A DNA stretch of 29,409 nt from Bdellovibrionia bacterium (lineage in GTDB: Bacteria > Bdellovibrionota > UBA1018). This document shows, piece after piece, positions 27,816-29,409 of the stretch (positions are counted from its first letter, which is position 1; each line of letters starts with the position of its first letter). Where the stretch lies: contig JBJMMA010000010.1 in the NCBI GenBank assembly GCA_045805065.1, positions 1-29,409 on the forward strand, in the 5' to 3' direction. A program made the translations under genes and the position numbers. The notes under the pieces are model-generated. The model did no database searches. It was not told the DNA's origin and worked only from the letters and a program-made list of their open reading frames with translations.

Positions 27816-27844
27816 GAGAGGATCAAAAATTGATCGATCTAAAA

Positions 27845-28048
27845 TTACTTAGCTTCGGCAGCCTTAGAGTCTTTCTTCTCTTCGTCAGCTGCTTTGACGT
27901 TAGATGCCTTCTGGGCCTTGTCGCCACTTTTCGTCGTGACTTCTTGGCAGTCTTTGGAATCTTTTTTCTCGCCTGCCCCAGCTGCAAATGCGCTTGCGCT
28001 CATGAGGGTGACGATTGCCAGAACGAATGCTTGATTGAATTTCTTCAT
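27845..28048 (-). CDS. Small secreted, probably disordered protein (67 aa); positional counterpart of Bdellovibrio hit/Bd0108
   Basis: ATG 28048 with GAGG RBS and a signal peptide ending AFA-AG. Mature part is K/D/E/A/S-rich with EKKDSK twice and one Cys. It has its own promoter and terminator and lies directly downstream of a Bd0109-like gene. Confidence 0.8.
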   Translation of the reverse strand: MKKFNQAFVLAIVTLMSASAFAAGAGEKKDSKDCQEVTTKSGDKAQKASNVKAADEEKKDSKAAEAK

Positions 28049-28132
28049 GGTTATTTCCTCTCGTTTCTCTCTTATCGGCAGATTGCCCTCAAATCCTGAG
28101 TCCAATCCGTTTCATTCAGTTATCTGATATTA

Positions 28133-28149
28133 AGCAACCGACATGCCAA
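28133..28149 (-). promoter_or_regulatory. Sigma54 -24/-12 promoter
   Basis: Minus strand TTGGCATGTCGGTTGCT is a near-perfect TGGCAC-N5-TTGCW match, 85 nt upstream of ATG 28048. Confidence 0.8.
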
Positions 28150-28173
28150 GGCTTGCTAAATATATGCTATTTA

Positions 28174-28186
28174 AATCAACAACTTA
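28174..28186. promoter_or_regulatory. IHF binding site
   Basis: AATCAACAACTTA matches WATCAANNNNTTR exactly, has an adjacent AT tract, and sits just upstream of the -24 element. Confidence 0.65.
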
Positions 28187-28262
28187 GAACTGCCTTTGTG
28201 CGGGGGCTTGAGATTAAACGTCTGAACCCCCCGGCACTGTCCAAACCTTTTACGGTTTTGGG

Positions 28263-29409
28263 TCAGAAGCTCAGGCTCACGCCAGCTGGACGAATGATGT
28301 CCAGGAGGTTTTGGAACGCAGAGGTCACTTGAAGCGCGATCTTGCGTCCTGCCGTGCTCTCAACCTTGGAGATCTCACCGCTTTGCTTGTAGGAGACGGT
28401 GATCGTTCCCAGGGAAGGATCACTGATTTCTACTGGCTTGGAGTTCTCATTGTATTTGAAGTCGATGCGACGGCGGTCCTGATCCACCATGCTGCGAATG
28501 CGTCCGCCGCCATCATAGAACAACCTGACGCCCTTCTTTTCGCTGTTCTTGGCGAAGGTGAGATTACCCTTTGCGTCGTATTCAAACGTCGACCAATTAC
28601 TCTGCTTTTTGTCACGTTTCGAGTAACGAACGACCTTCGTGACCTTGCCAACCGTTGGATGATAGGCAAGCTCGGTGATTTCGTTCGGAGTGATCTTCTT
28701 GGTGACGTGTCCCTTGGTGTCATACTCAAAGGAAGTCTCTTCAGTGTTGTGCTTGATCAGCAAAGGAAGACCGCAGCACTCATTGTACGTGGTCTCGGTA
28801 CGATCACCATCCAAGGTGGTGACAAGCTTATACTGCCACTCGTCGCCATCGGATTTCTTCTTGAAGTAGTACTCGTATTTGCTGACTGAGATCGGAGGAA
28901 CAGCTTTTCCGTGCTCATCCGTCAGCTTCTCGGATGGGCGCACAGTGACGTTCACCATCGAGTAACCTGGAACGCTGGCATTCGTGCCGTAGTTATACTC
29001 GGTGAAAGTTCCATCGCGATCCTTCACGCTCTTCACGTTCTGGTTCTTGCTACGATCCCAATACCCGATCTTCATCGTGGTCTTATCGGTGTAGCCGATC
29101 TCGATCATGTTCGGGACCAGGTTATTGGTGCCCATCTCATATTTGAACGTGTAGGTATTGCCTTCAACGTCGGTGCTCTTCACGAGCATGTTCGAGCCGT
29201 CGTATTGATAGGTCGCCTTCTTGCCGTTCTCTCCTTCGATCGCGGCAACGAGGCCGTGATTGTTGTAGGAGAAGTTCATGCGACGGCCCTGGTTGTCGAC
29301 AATGCGAGCCAGGCGTCCATCGGAGCCGTAGCTGAGATCAACGAAGTTGCCGTTTTTATCGGACACGCGAACGAGCTTGCCTGCGTCGTTGAACTTTTCG
29401 GTCTTGCCC
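28263..29409 (-). CDS. YD/RHS-repeat protein, C-terminal part (Bd0109/WapA-like); 5' end outside the window
   Basis: The frame stays open to the window edge. Repeated Y-D/N-x-x-G units (YDGSNML, YDTKGHV, YDAKGNL, YDGGGRI). Ends in an amphipathic tail (QVTSAFQNLLDIIRPAGVSLSF) with no DPxG autoprotease motif or toxin tip. Confidence 0.88.
   Translation of the reverse strand, partial: GKTEKFNDAGKLVRVSDKNGNFVDLSYGSDGRLARIVDNQGRRMNFSYNNHGLVAAIEGENGKKATYQYDGSNMLVKSTDVEGNTYTFKYEMGTNNLVPNMIEIGYTDKTTMKIGYWDRSKNQNVKSVKDRDGTFTEYNYGTNASVPGYSMVNVTVRPSEKLTDEHGKAVPPISVSKYEYYFKKKSDGDEWQYKLVTTLDGDRTETTYNECCGLPLLIKHNTEETSFEYDTKGHVTKKITPNEITELAYHPTVGKVTKVVRYSKRDKKQSNWSTFEYDAKGNLTFAKNSEKKGVRLFYDGGGRIRSMVDQDRRRIDFKYNENSKPVEISDPSLGTITVSYKQSGEISKVESTAGRKIALQVTSAFQNLLDIIRPAGVSLSF

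Noticed and set aside
28263..29409. Rhs polymorphic toxin with a downstream immunity gene
   Set aside because: There is no PxxxxDPxG cleavage motif or toxin domain, and the downstream gene is 214 nt away with its own promoter and signal peptide.

Overview
A 29.4-kb bacterial chromosomal window, most likely from a Bdellovibrionota/Oligoflexia-type organism. This is inferred mainly from a Bd0109-like YD-repeat gene followed by a small secreted hit/Bd0108-like gene. From left to right it holds a KinB/AlgB-like sigma54 two-component pair, a DksA/TraR gene, and a leucine-catabolism cluster (HMG-CoA lyase, split MCC alpha, methylglutaconyl-CoA hydratase, MCC beta) interrupted by a lipoprotein gene. 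Next is an accessory block (8-Cys secreted peptide, DUF3291-like gene, two tandem secreted cyanophycinases), then acs. A cell-wall glycan turnover neighbourhood follows (NamZ, DUF4015 hydrolase plus CE4 deacetylase, and an mltA-ampG-GH84 operon), then potABC without potD and the hit-like locus. The most unusual non-coding signal is a pair of ~130-bp hairpin elements with a near-identical 57-nt branched core but diverged, still self-complementary arms. They bracket the accessory block, and two other short REP-like repeat families also occur. All family calls come from motif recognition and memory; no database search was run.
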